Positions 40,201-52,972 are shown, counted from the first letter of the stretch. The stretch: 64,000 nt of DNA from Bispira polyomma (GCA_965649765.1 OZ287758.1:18104001-18168000); one strand, 5' to 3'. A program made the numbers and translations. Notes: a model not told the origin generated them from the sequence alone.

Positions 40201-43200
40201 ACTCTGTCCCTAGACAAGCGTATGTCATTAAATCAAAGCATTGTCACGGGCAGAAAACTCGGTTTACATGCTACCGTGACTTAAAGCTCTTTGTTAAAAC
40301 TTATGAAATTGTTTGTGGTCACAGACTTGATCTGGTAATCCAGGGAAATCAATAATCGTACTGTAGTATTTCTTCTAGAGTACTGTAAATCACCGTACCC
40401 CAGCCTCTTTGTATAACTTTTGGGCCATAACTATTCTTTTCGTCATTTGTGTCCATATACAGACTGTGTATAAAAACTTTCAATGGTCATATCTCCCTTA
40501 ATAATGGTCCGATTTTGAAAATTCTTTCACTTTTGTAATCAGTAGCACAAGGGTAAATGAATCACACAATGAATGCTGTAATATTTAAGTTTTTAAAAAC
40601 GGATCCGATACAAGTAGGCGAAAATTGAAGATTTGTCCTATTGAAGCTTCAGATATTTTATTTGATTTAAGATATGAACGGAACTTCTTTTTAAATCTGC
40701 AGAATTTGGGTATACCCAGGGAATTACCTACTTAAAACTTGTTATTAAATTATTCTGTGGAAGTTTACTGTAAGTAAACAAAATAACTTACTAACTGTAT
40801 TTTTTCCAATATCCTACGCATACACGGCTTTACTTCTATACATCTCCAATAAATTAGGTGCATAATGTTTTCACCCCAATTAGGTGGAGGACTTACATAT
40901 ACATGACAATTATATTTTGCATGTTATATTTTATACTGTAGCGAGCACCTGCTAATAATAATAATAACCCCCAAAAAATTCTAGCCGTTTAAATAGCAAA
41001 GATAATAAAATTACTCGAGATTTTTGATCTCCACTAGTGTCATATACCACTGTGGTAGGTTGAAACTAAAATAATGTAAAATACTATTTTGGTGCACAAA
41101 TATATTGTGTAATCTCTTGCAATGTATATCTAAGTGAGTACCAGCAGAAAATAAGACACTGTTGTCTCACAGCAGATCTATTGAAGCTGCTCAGAAGATA
41201 CACCTGTATATGGTTTCAGAAACTAAAAACCCCATAAATATTCCACACAAATGGTGTTGCAAAAAAAGATCGCACTTTGTGACCATCTTTATTTTAATGA
41301 TAAAAATAAACATAAAAATATATTATATCAGTAAGTAAAAATATTAAAAATCTTGTAGATATATCATGTTAAATTAAAATTATTGTAGTTTAATCCATAA
41401 AATGTATTATCTCATTAACCTAGAAGAGCTTAATAGCACATTTGAAAGGAGCACATGTTGTCAGTCACATAGACCTTGCCCCTTCAATGCATTATTAGTA
41501 AAAATCCAAATCAGGGTAACTATCTAAATTGCTTTGCACCTTGTGTAAATCCCAATGAGCTTTGAATACTATAGTGGCATGTATTAATACATCATTAAAA
41601 AACTATTTTTATTTAAGATGTCACCAGCAGATCTATTGAAGCTGTCTGAAAGATATAGAATATTTCAGTAACTAAGTACCCTACAATCATCTAGTTGAAT
41701 TTATTAAATGGAATAATGACAACTATTGACAAAAATTGATCAAGTGCATACATAGACCTACAATGTACATCTGGAAATAGCACCATTTTAAAAGCCAATA
41801 AATACATCAAAATTATTTTCTCAGTGAGTAAAAACCCAAAAAAACTTGTAGATATATTATGTTAAATTCAAATAATTATTATAGTTTTTTAGAGTGTTAT
41901 TTGAATAAAATACATGTTATACTCGCATAGAGACATACTATTTTAATGTTCTGATGTCTGGAGGGACTGTTTTATACTTGGATTAAAGAAAATAGGTGGA
42001 GCTTCTAAGTTAGTTTTTAAGGTTGTTTTTTTGTGTGTGGAGATATAAAGCTGCAGTGTACATCTAAGTTATCATTAAAGTGTTATTCAAGTGATCAAGA
42101 AATACTCTTCTGTATTTCCCATGGGGCAGCTCTTCACTTCCTGGAAGGAGGTGTTAGTCTGTGAGGTACCAGCTGAGAGTCAGACACTGTTGTCTCACAG
42201 CAGGTCTATTGAAGCTGCCCAGAAGATACACATGTATTTTTTGGTGTAAATCCCAATAAGCTTTGAATACTATAATGGCATATATTAACACATCATTAAA
42301 TACTATTTTTCATTTAAGATGAGACTACAGTGATTGCCTGAACTAGTAGATATGACATTATTTCTTGCAATCGATTACAATTAACTATGTAGGTCAGGTA
42401 ATTGGTGTGGCCTGTGTGAGCATGTGTCAACATTTTGAACTATGCTAATCTTTTTTTGACAATAGGCAATTTCTCGTAGCTATAAAACCGTTTTTCTTAC
42501 AGTGTCATCAGTTGCATTGTGAGACACATGGTGATAGGGTATTGGAGAGATATTCTGTGTGATCTATTTATGTGTATACCTGAATTTTGTTGGAACTTTA
42601 GGTTTTGTTTTGAGTTTTTCTGTGTACATTGAGGGGACAATCTATAGTTCTTTGTTAAAACGGTAGACAGTATATCTGAGTTTTGAAATGCAATTTTGGT
42701 GTGGAAAAATGTTGTGTAGTGTCCTGCCGTGTATATCAAAGTGAGTTTTTGAAGTGTTTCTTTTGTGTGTGGGAATATATAGTTGCAGTGTAAATCTCAG
42801 TTATTAATAAGGTAATAAATAAAATTACACAAAGTATATAGTATTTGACAAAACCCTTTTTTCTGGTATCTCCTAGTTTTTATGGCTAGAGGCAGTATTC
42901 CAGATGTTAATTGGACAATGAGAGACCTTTTATTTCTGTAAAAATTGTTCAATGTATATTCTTCTGTAGAGCTATGAGGTTTATATTAAATATAAGATCC
43001 CAATTTAGGTTTGGTACATATAGAATCTTGCCATTCAAGATCATTTAAACACAATAGCTTCTCTTCTGCGATATTTAAATCAATTGCAACTTGTGAAAAA
43101 TGGTGGTCAGTACATCTGAGTTTTTGAAATCCTATTTTGGTGTAGAAATATATTGTGTTGTCTTGCAGTGTATATCTAAGTGAGTTTTAAGGTGTTTTTT

Positions 43201-45049
43201 GTGTGGAAATAAATAGTTGCAGTGTATAACTAAGTTATCATTAAAGTGTTATTCGAGTGATCAAGAAACACTCTTCTGTATTTTCCATGGGGCAGCTCTT
43301 CACTTCTTGGAAGGAGGTGTTGGTCTGTGAGGTACCAGCAGAAAATAAGACACTGTTGTCTCACAGCAGATCTATTGAAGCTGCCCAGAAGATGCACCTG
43401 TATGGTTTCAGAAACTAACAACCCTACAAATCTTCCACACATATTGTGTTGGAATTTAATGAATGCAATAGTGCATGACAATTATTTCAATGTTCAAGTG
43501 TATATGTCGACCTACCATGTAAATGTTGAAAGATCACCATTTCAAGAGCAAATTTAATACATAAAAATGTATTATCTCAGTAAGTAAAAATCCTACAAAT
43601 CTTGACAACTATTGACAACAAAGTGTATATGTAGACCTACAATGTACATCTGGAAATAGCACCATTTTAAAAGCCAATTGATACATCAAAATTATTTTCT
43701 CAGTGAGTAAAAATCCCACAAATCTTGTAGACATATCATATGAAATTAAAATTATTGTAGTTTTTTTACAGTGTTGTTTGAATAAAATACATGTAATGTT
43801 TACTAATACTTTGATTGCTGAAAAAGACACCTACCATTTTAATGTTGTGGTATCTAGAGGGACTGTTTTATACTTCAATTTAAAAAAATTGGTGGAGCTT
43901 TTTTTTTTGCTTTTTTCTTTCATTTCTGCATTTTTGGTCACCAGTCAATTTCTCTAAAACAAGCTTCGAGTGATTTCCAACTTTTATTGAAAAGTAATAG
44001 TGAGTAGGACTTAATTACATGTGGTAGTACTGTACACATTTACCAAAAGACAATATATAGGTGTACACCGAATATTTCAAGTTAATTTATCTTGATGATA
44101 ATATTATAACACTGGTTATAATTATTTTTTTAGTTTTAATTATTTTTGTTATGATTTCTATGGAACCATATTTTTAAAACATATTTTTCCTATTAATTCT
44201 GGAAATATACAAAAAATTCAACACAAAATATATCTACTGATGGTCCATATAATATGATTGTATGAACACTTTTGAAAAATACATAATGAAAGGTTTCTAA
44301 TGATACCCAAACCAGATTTGTATCTTTAATAATGTCAGAGAAAACAGTTTCATGATTACCTGATTTCCGGGGCTAATAATTATGTGGACATGAAGTCATC
44401 TGTCATAAAAAAACTGTGGGGGTGTATTATTTTTGCATATTGTCGGCAAAATAATAAATTCAGCTAAGATTCATAATTCCACTGGTTATGTTTAATGGCA
44501 AGTATATCTATTTTAAAATGGCCATATATCAGTAAATATCAGACAGAATTTTAATTTGTAAACGTTTTAGAAAGTGTTTAAATTACTTTTTATGGATATA
44601 TTAATCTTAAAATTGTAGCTTCAGTAACTTTGTTATTTTTTGTAAATCTAGCACTCGTATCTGACTGACAACAATCAGTCGTTATATAACCTACATCAAT
44701 AAGCTCCTCCCCATGCACACGTCAGAATTAATTACTGGACGGAGAGTTGGCGGGAAACACTCGGCAAAGATATATCAGGAAAAAAAAACTGCCAATTATT
44801 TTTTTCATAGCAACAGGCAGGCCGAATAAATCAGAATACAAAAAACGGCAATAATTCCTTAAAGATAAGCACCAAATGTACCAAAAAAAAAGTTGCAACT
44901 TCGAGAACACATAATCTATATATATGCCGAGTTTCAGCGCTCCAATGGCAACAGTCTCTGATATTTGCTTGTCCTATCCCAGTATCCAGGCTACATCATC
45001 TCCATAATATTATAAGTAGATTGGCCTTGATTGGCCAATCTACTAAAAA
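37208..45049 (-). mobile_element. 7.8 kb HINE/Helentron-like element filling transposase intron 4
   Basis: Hairpin agtagattggcc-ttgatt-ggccaatctact plus A-run at 45015-45049; stem-loop gtggcccatagggccac, subTIR gtagattg and aacaag end at 37208-37246. Internal degenerate direct repeats at ~41137, 41625, 42165, 43330. Confidence 0.6.
37849..38630. mobile_element. MITE with ~37-bp TIRs
   Basis: gactattataccgacgtagttggcattttaactccca versus tgggagttaaaatgccgactacgacggtataatagtc. Confidence 0.7.
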
Positions 45050-45722
45050 GCATTATATTTATGGATTTCATTCTACAAATAACAATTAACAAACTTTCTT
45101 AACTACCAAAAATGAGATTACCAGGCTTCAAAAAGACATCTATGATTCACATGTCACATAGCAACTTACAGTCACCGCCATGGCTTGCAGTTGTTCCTGG
45201 ACACAGAATTATGCATTATTTTCAGTTTTGATTTTGCAGAGTTCATAATATTAATCAATAATGGAACTGTAACTGAAAAACGGGTAAATGTAAATTGCAA
45301 CATGCAATAGCAGATCATGCTCACTACAATAACAATATCTTTGAGTTTTTGCCTGTAAGAAGCTGGCCAATAGTAGCAATACCTTCTGCTGGTACATTGT
45401 TTGGCCCTTTAAGCGATACGCTTTCTGCCGGGATGCAATGTGGCTCGTCACCCCGGTCTCGTCACAGTTAAAGATACGTTCTGGGGAGGACTCCAACTTC
45501 AGCTTCCTCAGAGTTGACTCTGTTGACCATTACATGCACAGGAAACAGTAGCTACATCAATGATGGTTACTTCTTAATCCAAAATTATGTTTTGTTAACA
45601 TGAAACAGTATGCTGCAGCAGTTATGCAAAATGTCATTTCCATGTCAAGCTAGGACAAATTTACTTCTAGCCATTAATGAACACTTATAAGATTCTGGTT
45701 ACAATGCACGTAATTTTACCTG

Positions 45723-45972
45723 TTTTTTTTTTTTTTGAATTGGGATATTTAACGTCCACTCTAGTACCTGTTTAGGTTGGGACGGGTGGTTAGAAACGCT
45801 GCAGGAAACATTGCATACAGTTGATGAAGGTTCTGCACTGAAACCAGCGGCCCACAGTAAGGAACTACCACCTTTCCTACATAGGCTTGGACAGGATTTG
45901 AACTCACGCCGCCCAGAGGTGAGACACCAGTGATTGTGAAGCGCAATGCTTGCTAACCACTATGCCACCGCC
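45723..45972 (-). mobile_element. Same SINE family in transposase intron 3
   Basis: High similarity to the 8973 and 55653 copies; poly-T on the + strand. Confidence 0.9.
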
Positions 45973-46318
45973 TGGAAGAATAATTGCAGGGAAAGTCTGA
46001 TTCAAAGTTATTTATTTGCAAGTTTACCTCTCCTGAAAAACAGTGACAACAAAATTAACAACAGATTTACCACATACTAACCATACAGATTAAAGAAATG
46101 GTCAATGACATAATCATTGGCCTGCTCTATCCGTGATTTGTCAATAGTTTCTGGGATTCTCCAGGTGATGTGCGGGTGACTTGCTTGGAACTGTCGAAAC
46201 CATTTGTCACTCGGGCCACGCTCCAGGTTGAACTTACAGTTGTCCATTCCTGTAGGACCACTCTCTGTAACAATGTCCTACAAAGTAATTTCACATGAAC
46301 TACCACGATTTAAACAAT

Positions 46319-46647
46319 TTATTGTGATTTATGAAATAATAGGATCTCTGGACAGTAGTTGTCCTCATTAAAGTCCATTATATCGTGAAAGTGATTTGTA
46401 ATGGCCTCGGCAATTTCATCAATGTATAAAAAGTCATAGAATTCATCCCTAGAAAACCTAAGCAGTTTATCTATTAAATTATCTCTAACAGCTGCAGCAC
46501 AGGGATGGGCACACTTCAGCAGCGTCATTATGTGCTCGCATATACAGTCACAATCCAGCCATTGGCTGATAACCCTTTGTAAAGCGAATCCTTGATTGAA
46601 GGTCCCCATGGCTTCTCGACTTTGAATGGCGTCAAAGACATTATTAC
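46319..46647 (-). CDS. Putative alternative terminal exon inside transposase intron 2 (120-aa product if joined to exon 1)
   Basis: Acceptor ctttgtatctccag followed by a 109-codon open frame; phase 1 matches the exon-1 donor at 53780. Confidence 0.45.
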
Positions 46648-47026
46648 CTGGAGATACAAAGACTGAGAAACATGTTGAAGTTTGTTTACTTATTATACAA
46701 AATGGAAAATATCATTACCACTATAACCCCGCGAAGCTCAGTTCGGGTAAGGGGGAAGTTCTGGTTGGACATGTACAAAATGTAGTCGACAAAGGCCGCC
46801 TCCTCATCAGGCGACAACATACAGTCCGGACCACACTTGGCCGTTGCTTGGATGCCTTTCGCCACATGGTCTCTTAATGTGCGTCTGGATATGCCATATT
46901 CTTTTGCCGCTCCTCTTACACTCCCCCCACCAGATCGTACTAGCTCTACAGCTTTGTCCATGCTTTCACAGTCGTAGGTCTCTGTTGGTGTAATAAGTTT
47001 GTATACATGCAAACATTAGGTTTGTA

Positions 47027-47520
47027 CTATACCTCGAACAATTGCGCCCTGCAGGCAGTTGGAGCAGGGCGGTAGGGCGGTAATTTGATATCTGTTCAAT
47101 ACACAGTTTACTAGGCCAATTGATTAAAAAGATGTAGCTTTATAAATACTTCACATGAAATATTCGTTTTGGTATCAAAATAAAGCTCTAATTATGTAGC
47201 TTGTTAATTTAATTTTCAAATAAAAGGTTATATGTTTTTGTGTTTCTTCAGAAAAAAAAAAATATTATGAAACAGATGAGAAAGTTTAAATTGACAGGAG
47301 TTAATTATTAACTAGAATTACTCAAAATCATTTCTTTGTATTCAATTGTACATAATAAAAACTTTCAGACCATACCAAAACGAATATTTTAGGTGAAATA
47401 TTCACAGATATATCCATTTAAGCAGTTGACATTTTTGAGAAAATCACCAATAGAAGTCCAGGACGGTTTTCAGGGCGGTATCCGAATCCACTTCACTTTA
47501 AGCAATTGTCCGAGGTATAG
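47027..47520. mobile_element. TA-flanked MITE (494 bp)
   Basis: TA|CTATACCTCGAACAATTGC ... GCAATTGTCCGAGGTATAG|TA, plus an internal inverted repeat (~47150/~47370). Confidence 0.8.
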
Positions 47521-48180
47521 TACTAACCCAAAGATTATGGTGGTAAAACTTTTGTACTACAGAAATTGTGAGTATATTTTGGTCATAGCAGCTAAACATA
47601 TTTCGGGCCTGTTATGTGTCTTCATAAATGTGTGGCAATATCAATTTTCATTACTATTTGCAAAATTCAAACTTGCTTGGGCATATCTACATGTAACCAT
47701 GTTTTTGATGTCCAGTCTACGGAAGGGGCTGCAACTTAGGAGGGAGACAATGTGTAGATGAAGACAATGATGGACCAGATTTACAGTTTTTCGCACATTT
47801 GGGCATTTATTCTTAAATATATATTAATTATTACATTAGTAATGTTAAAACCTAAAACTACACTATATTATACACAATTTTAAGTTTACTTTAAGGTCAC
47901 CTCAACCTTAGCTTGAGGTGAGCATAAAATTTCTGAGTTAAGGTCACCTCAACCCTGTCTTGAGGTGAGCATAAAATTTTGAAGTAGGGTGGCCTTAATT
48001 TTACTTTAAGGAGACCCTTTAGAAAGTGAATTTAATTTAATATAAGGTTAACTTAAGGGTAACTTATTTTAAGGTAAACTTGAGGTTTTATATTTATACA
48101 AAGTTTAATAATACTGTTAAAGTATGTGTAAAACTACATACAAGGTATATATATAAAATGCCCAAACGCCATACTGGTAG

Positions 48181-49302
48181 TTAGGTAGTTATAATGCGTT
48201 GTAGGGAACGAGCCACTGTAGCCGAAGCATTAGGAGTGGACTGGAGATACGCCCATACAGCTGAAGATCTCCAGCCACCATGAGCCATTATTGACTGGAG
48301 CTGAACATTGTTATCAAAGGCCAACGTGGCCCCAGACCTACGGAATGCATGGAATGTAAATGAAGCAGGATTCAAAGAAAGTTTTACAATAATTTCTCTC
48401 AATGTACCCCTTACTTTGTAAGCAGTGAGGGGTAATAAGTGGTTCCCCACTTTACACACAAATACCTGAGAATTGATACAATTTTTATTAATCCGAAACA
48501 TGTATTTAAGGGCTGCTACAGGGCAGAGCTGTGAATCCCCCAAAGAGGGAATCTGGACCACATGGTACTGGTTATATTTCTGCAAATTTTTTGCCCAATG
48601 CAGTATCACATGGACACCAGGTGAACCCCATACAAAGTCCTCATTTGTGAGATGTCGCTCTGGATCAAAATGGGATACCCTGGAAGGGACCAAATTTGAC
48701 AATCTAAAAAACCCAAAGAAGGCTGTTAAAAACAGAGCCTTATACACATAACAATGAGAAACATATTTACATTGATGGACAATAGCCCTAAGTATGGGCA
48801 CAGTAATTATACCTTTGAGCTGGGGGGTATAAGGAGTGGATAAGGTGAGTGATTTTAGAAACAATCGAATCTGTGGATGAGCAAAAACATCAGAGGGACA
48901 GTCCCACAAGTGGAATTGGTGCTTGATAGCAGAAATATAATTCTGAATGGAAGGGGGCTTCAGCCCCTGTTGGGCTAAGTATTCCATGAACTGAAGCACG
49001 AATTGCAATGATATAATACTGGTATTCCCCATAAATATGGAGAAGGCAAAGAAAAGCCTGACGCAATTGCTATATACTTGATTTGTTTTTGGTCTCAATG
49101 CAATATGTAATCTCGCCTGGGCGGCATTGGTAAGGTAAGTCTGCAAAGGAGTACCTGAAAAATTAAAGTATTTACAAATCAGCATGGAGGTGGTAGTGTT
49201 TCTTTGTGACAACGCACCAGGTTTTTTCCCTAAGTTGGTCTCGAATATTTTCATTAGTGAAGCAAGGGATAAACATACGTGATAAATAATCAGCATATAC
49301 AT
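48181..49302 (-). CDS. Tyrosine recombinase (YR)
   Basis: FFGFFRLSNL, K, CPV, FHAFRRSGAT, HGGWRSSAVWAY: the R-K-H-x-x-R-W-Y catalytic set is intact. Confidence 0.92.
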   Translation of the reverse strand: MYMLIIYHVCLSLASLMKIFETNLGKKPGALSQRNTTTSMLICKYFNFSGTPLQTYLTNAAQARLHIALRPKTNQVYSNCVRLFFAFSIFMGNTSIISLQFVLQFMEYLAQQGLKPPSIQNYISAIKHQFHLWDCPSDVFAHPQIRLFLKSLTLSTPYTPQLKGIITVPILRAIVHQCKYVSHCYVYKALFLTAFFGFFRLSNLVPSRVSHFDPERHLTNEDFVWGSPGVHVILHWAKNLQKYNQYHVVQIPSLGDSQLCPVAALKYMFRINKNCINSQVFVCKVGNHLLPLTAYKVRGTLREIIVKLSLNPASFTFHAFRRSGATLAFDNNVQLQSIMAHGGWRSSAVWAYLQSTPNASATVARSLQRIITT

Positions 49303-51412
49303 TTTTTACTCCCGCAATGTGGACCAGTTCCAATTTTATATTGAAACGGGCTGTCTCCAGCCACACACATCGGGCCATGGTAGCCAGGGCTTGGTCCCTG
49401 AAACGACTTGAATTGAGTGAGGCCACCACTGCTGCATTGTCACACCACACTCAGACTTTGGTATTCCTGAAATATTGTCCCCACATGCGCAGAGCCACTA
49501 ACACATTCCACATTTCAAAGTGAACAATACCATAAGTGGAGGGAGTGTCAGCGGGGAGAGAGGCAGCATATACACAATCACTCCACATAGCCCCTATACC
49601 CTGCAAGGAGGCGTCAACATACAGTTCATGAGTGTCACCACCCTTCAAGTGCATTTCCACTACACCATTGAAATCCTGCAAGAAAGCATTAAACCAATTA
49701 AGGTTGAGTCGAAAGTCATTTGTTAAAGCTATTGTCTTGTGAGGATAAGTGTCCCTCAGTAACTTGAGCATTCGATTTAAGAAAAGCCTGGCAGGGTGGA
49801 CACACCTATGGACATACAATAACTTTCCCAATAAGGATTGCAGCTGTCTTCGGGTACACTGAGTTTTTTCCCCCCATTGTTTACATTCACTCTGTATGGA
49901 GGCCAATTTACCAGCGGGTATTGTTAACGTGCCAGCACGAGCATTGACCATTATACCCATGCAAACAACAGCCTCAGTGGGCTCACACACCTTATTGGGG
50001 TTAATTGGGAGACCAAGAAATTCAATCAATTTGTACAAGTGTTCAAAGGAGGACCTAGCCTTTCCACAAGGCTCTACGGAGACTAGGTCGTCGATATAAT
50101 TCCACACTTTAAAGGATTTTTGTTTCATAAGGCGACGTATACTGTCTGTTACACGCTCACAGATGGCCGTGCCATGCTTATACCCCATCATGACGGCAAG
50201 GTCCACATAAGTTTTTTCCCTCCAACTTAAACCCGCATACTGGTAGCAATAGGGATCTATCCTCATATTCCTAAACGCGCGGGACAAATCGATCTTGTAC
50301 AACTTAGCGGAGGGGCCAATCTCATTAATACCATCCACCAGCATGTCTATGGTAGGGAGAGTAAGGCTGAATTCGAGACCATCATACATTCCGTTACTCA
50401 CATTACTGTTGACAGAGGGGGCATCATGGGGCCATGAAAGGTCAACAATAATACGTCTACTCTGGTCGTCCTTTGGACGTGTCATAACAGGGGAACAATG
50501 TATTTGTTTAAAGGGTTTATCCTGAAAAGGGCCAGCAATAGCCTTATGCAGGCGCTCAGTGACAAAATAATTGTCCACGTCCATGGGATACTGCAATGCA
50601 CTGTCATGGTTTTTAACCTTTTCATTGAACACAAATCCCTCAGTATTAATGTCAAGGGGGAAACCAAATTCCAAGTACTCAGGCAATAACACATCCCTAT
50701 CCCCCTTCAATACAGTTCGCCAATTATCTATGTTTAGCTCAGAGGGGACGGGGACCCTCGCCCCTAGGTAATTATGGCAATCAAATGAGTGAACCTTTCC
50801 ATGAGACTTAATCGCCCAGTCCTCTAATGAATCATATTCAATAGGATTTCTCTCCCCCCTGACATGTAACACTTGGTTATACAAACACATAAAGCCAAAG
50901 TTTTCACTCGACTTTCTGGCAACGGTGAAAACGTCACAATCACCTTTAATAGGTGAGTCTACAGTTTTGTCAACACAGGCCTTGGCCTCTAGAAGGGGTT
51001 TGCCCTGATTTGAATTTTCCAGTGAACTGGAACGAGTGGTGTTAACACCAGAATTTGAAATCACCTCAAGGGTGGAAATTAGGGGTTCGCCCTCAGAACA
51101 ATACACATCAGAAATGGGGGGACATGCAATTTCCCCCCCCCCCCGACATACAGACTGCACATTGCCACCTTTATTCACAACAACGTCACTTGACGCCTTG
51201 TGACACACTATATTTACACTGGTTTCAATGTTATTTACACGAGGTGCAGATCTTTCACTATCAGAGTCTTTAGATACAATTTTTACAGCTTTTACATTTT
51301 CAGATACTCTAGCACAAGTTTTATTTTGACATGCCTGATCACACTTCTGTAAACTACGTTTTTTAAAATCACAATAAGCCTTATTCCAAAAATCCCGCGT
51401 ACCTACTTGGAG
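49172..51412 (-). pseudogene. RT/RNase H ORF2 with one internal TGA (49451-49453)
   Basis: RRIIVDLSWP, KIDLSRAFR, NYIDD, YVDAS, VWCDNAAVV, HIAGVKNVYADYLSR. The frame is open right up to the gag stop. Confidence 0.88.
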
Positions 51413-52639
51413 TCAATTTTGGTTACCCTTGTTTGAGTCTTTATGGTAACCCTTGGTTTTATCACAATTGATTTCTTTGTGAAACTGATTTCGCTTCCCC
51501 ATATTGTAACATTTAGAACAAGCGTGTTTGAGAATAAGGTTGCCAAAAATGTGATCATCTGTTTGACTGCACGTGCCCTTGTTAAATGCACTGCACATTA
51601 CAGTGGTACTTTTTCCCTTGGTTTTTTCACTGCCCCCAGCCCCTTTAGTTTCATGAGAGGAGTTATCTTTGAGAGTACGTTGCGTTAACCGTGCTCGGAG
51701 ATCATGAACATCCCTTATTTCATCCCAATTTACTTTACCCTTCTCCATTTCAAGTAGGAGTTGGCAATGGGCCGTTTTAACAGTGTACCAAGAAGTCTCA
51801 AGGGCATCACGCATCAACTGCATGCCATATTTAAGCATATTGTCACGAATGCGACTACTTTTCTCTTCATATATACAAGCCAAATATCCCTGAAACCACA
51901 TGATGGGGGTTAGCTCATCATATGAGGGCTGTTTTTTAGTTGAAGTGATATAACATAACTCATGTGGCCAGTTTACAATATGTTTTACACAGTTCTCAGC
52001 AGTTCTATGCAACCCTGACTTTATCTTTGGCTTACCCTGTTCTGGGGACTGGAGGTACTGACATCGGTGCCTTTGCAAACGTCTGTCGACCTGAGCTTGA
52101 ATGTCCTCGTTGGTTCTAAGGTATCTCTGGCTGGGCAGGATGCCGTCATCTAGCTGCTGGACGTCGTCTCGATGGAAGTCGTGATCATAGTGAGAACCCC
52201 CTAGGCGCCGACGAACGGGGTTTAAATCATACTGTTCCTCAATGTCTAAGTCAGTATCCTGGGCATAACCCCGACGTACAGGCGAACTATGAGATGGAAA
52301 AGCAACTTTAGCATTTGAGTCCGACTTTCTTTGTTGCAGTTCCTGCCTGACTTCGATCATGTCGTCCTCAAACTTCTGTAGTTTATTGAGGATTATATCC
52401 AGTTTATTAGTTGCTGATGTATCACTGTCTTCTTCCTGCGTCGTCTGCTTCTTCTTGGTCTTACCAGAGGCCTCGGCCGTTCCCACAGGTGCGGTTCCGC
52501 TGCCCTTCTCTGACTGATTACGCTTCCTGCCCCTGGTAACCGGAACACTCAGCACAGTCAAGTCCAGAACACAGTCCCTTCCCACAGGGCGATGGTGCAC
52601 GATACTGCATCTCTTGCAGTAAGCCGTCTTAGTGGCCAT
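51413..52639 (-). CDS. Gag-like ORF1 (N-terminal CxxC-HH-C and C-terminal CCHC-type zinc motifs)
   Basis: aaaATGG start; YCKRCSIVHHRPVGRDC; WPHE; CSAFNKGTC...HACSKC...H...C. Confidence 0.8.
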   Translation of the reverse strand: MATKTAYCKRCSIVHHRPVGRDCVLDLTVLSVPVTRGRKRNQSEKGSGTAPVGTAEASGKTKKKQTTQEEDSDTSATNKLDIILNKLQKFEDDMIEVRQELQQRKSDSNAKVAFPSHSSPVRRGYAQDTDLDIEEQYDLNPVRRRLGGSHYDHDFHRDDVQQLDDGILPSQRYLRTNEDIQAQVDRRLQRHRCQYLQSPEQGKPKIKSGLHRTAENCVKHIVNWPHELCYITSTKKQPSYDELTPIMWFQGYLACIYEEKSSRIRDNMLKYGMQLMRDALETSWYTVKTAHCQLLLEMEKGKVNWDEIRDVHDLRARLTQRTLKDNSSHETKGAGGSEKTKGKSTTVMCSAFNKGTCSQTDDHIFGNLILKHACSKCYNMGKRNQFHKEINCDKTKGYHKDSNKGNQN

Positions 52640-52964
52640 TTTCGATGTGATATCCAATAGTGATCTACAATAGTCCACTTTTATAACAGTTCAACTTTCT
52701 GAAAACACAAAGTGAGATGCTTGCAGTTCACACTTGTTTGTTTGGTTCCAGTGTGAAAGAATAAATTAACAATGGAAAATTTATATCATATATCTATGAA
52801 TTTTCAAAATGGAGGGAGGCCACGCCAGAAGCGCGGGAAATAAAGTAGTCACGTCCCCAAACAAGTAGGCAGAAAAGCCAAAACAAGCATGAAATGCAAA
52901 TCCCAATTGCAACAGCACTTCTCCCAGCAGATGAATTTTGTGCTGAAAACCCTAACAACATGCT

Positions 52965-52972
52965 CTTTTATA
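52965..52972 (-). promoter_or_regulatory. Candidate TATA box for the YR retroelement
   Basis: TATAAAAG on the minus strand ~330 bp upstream of the gag ATG. Confidence 0.35.

Noticed and set aside
47520-47880. Split direct or inverted terminal repeats for the YR element matching 52900-53130
   Set aside because: Only short low-complexity matches (ggaagggg, cagtct); not significant by eye.
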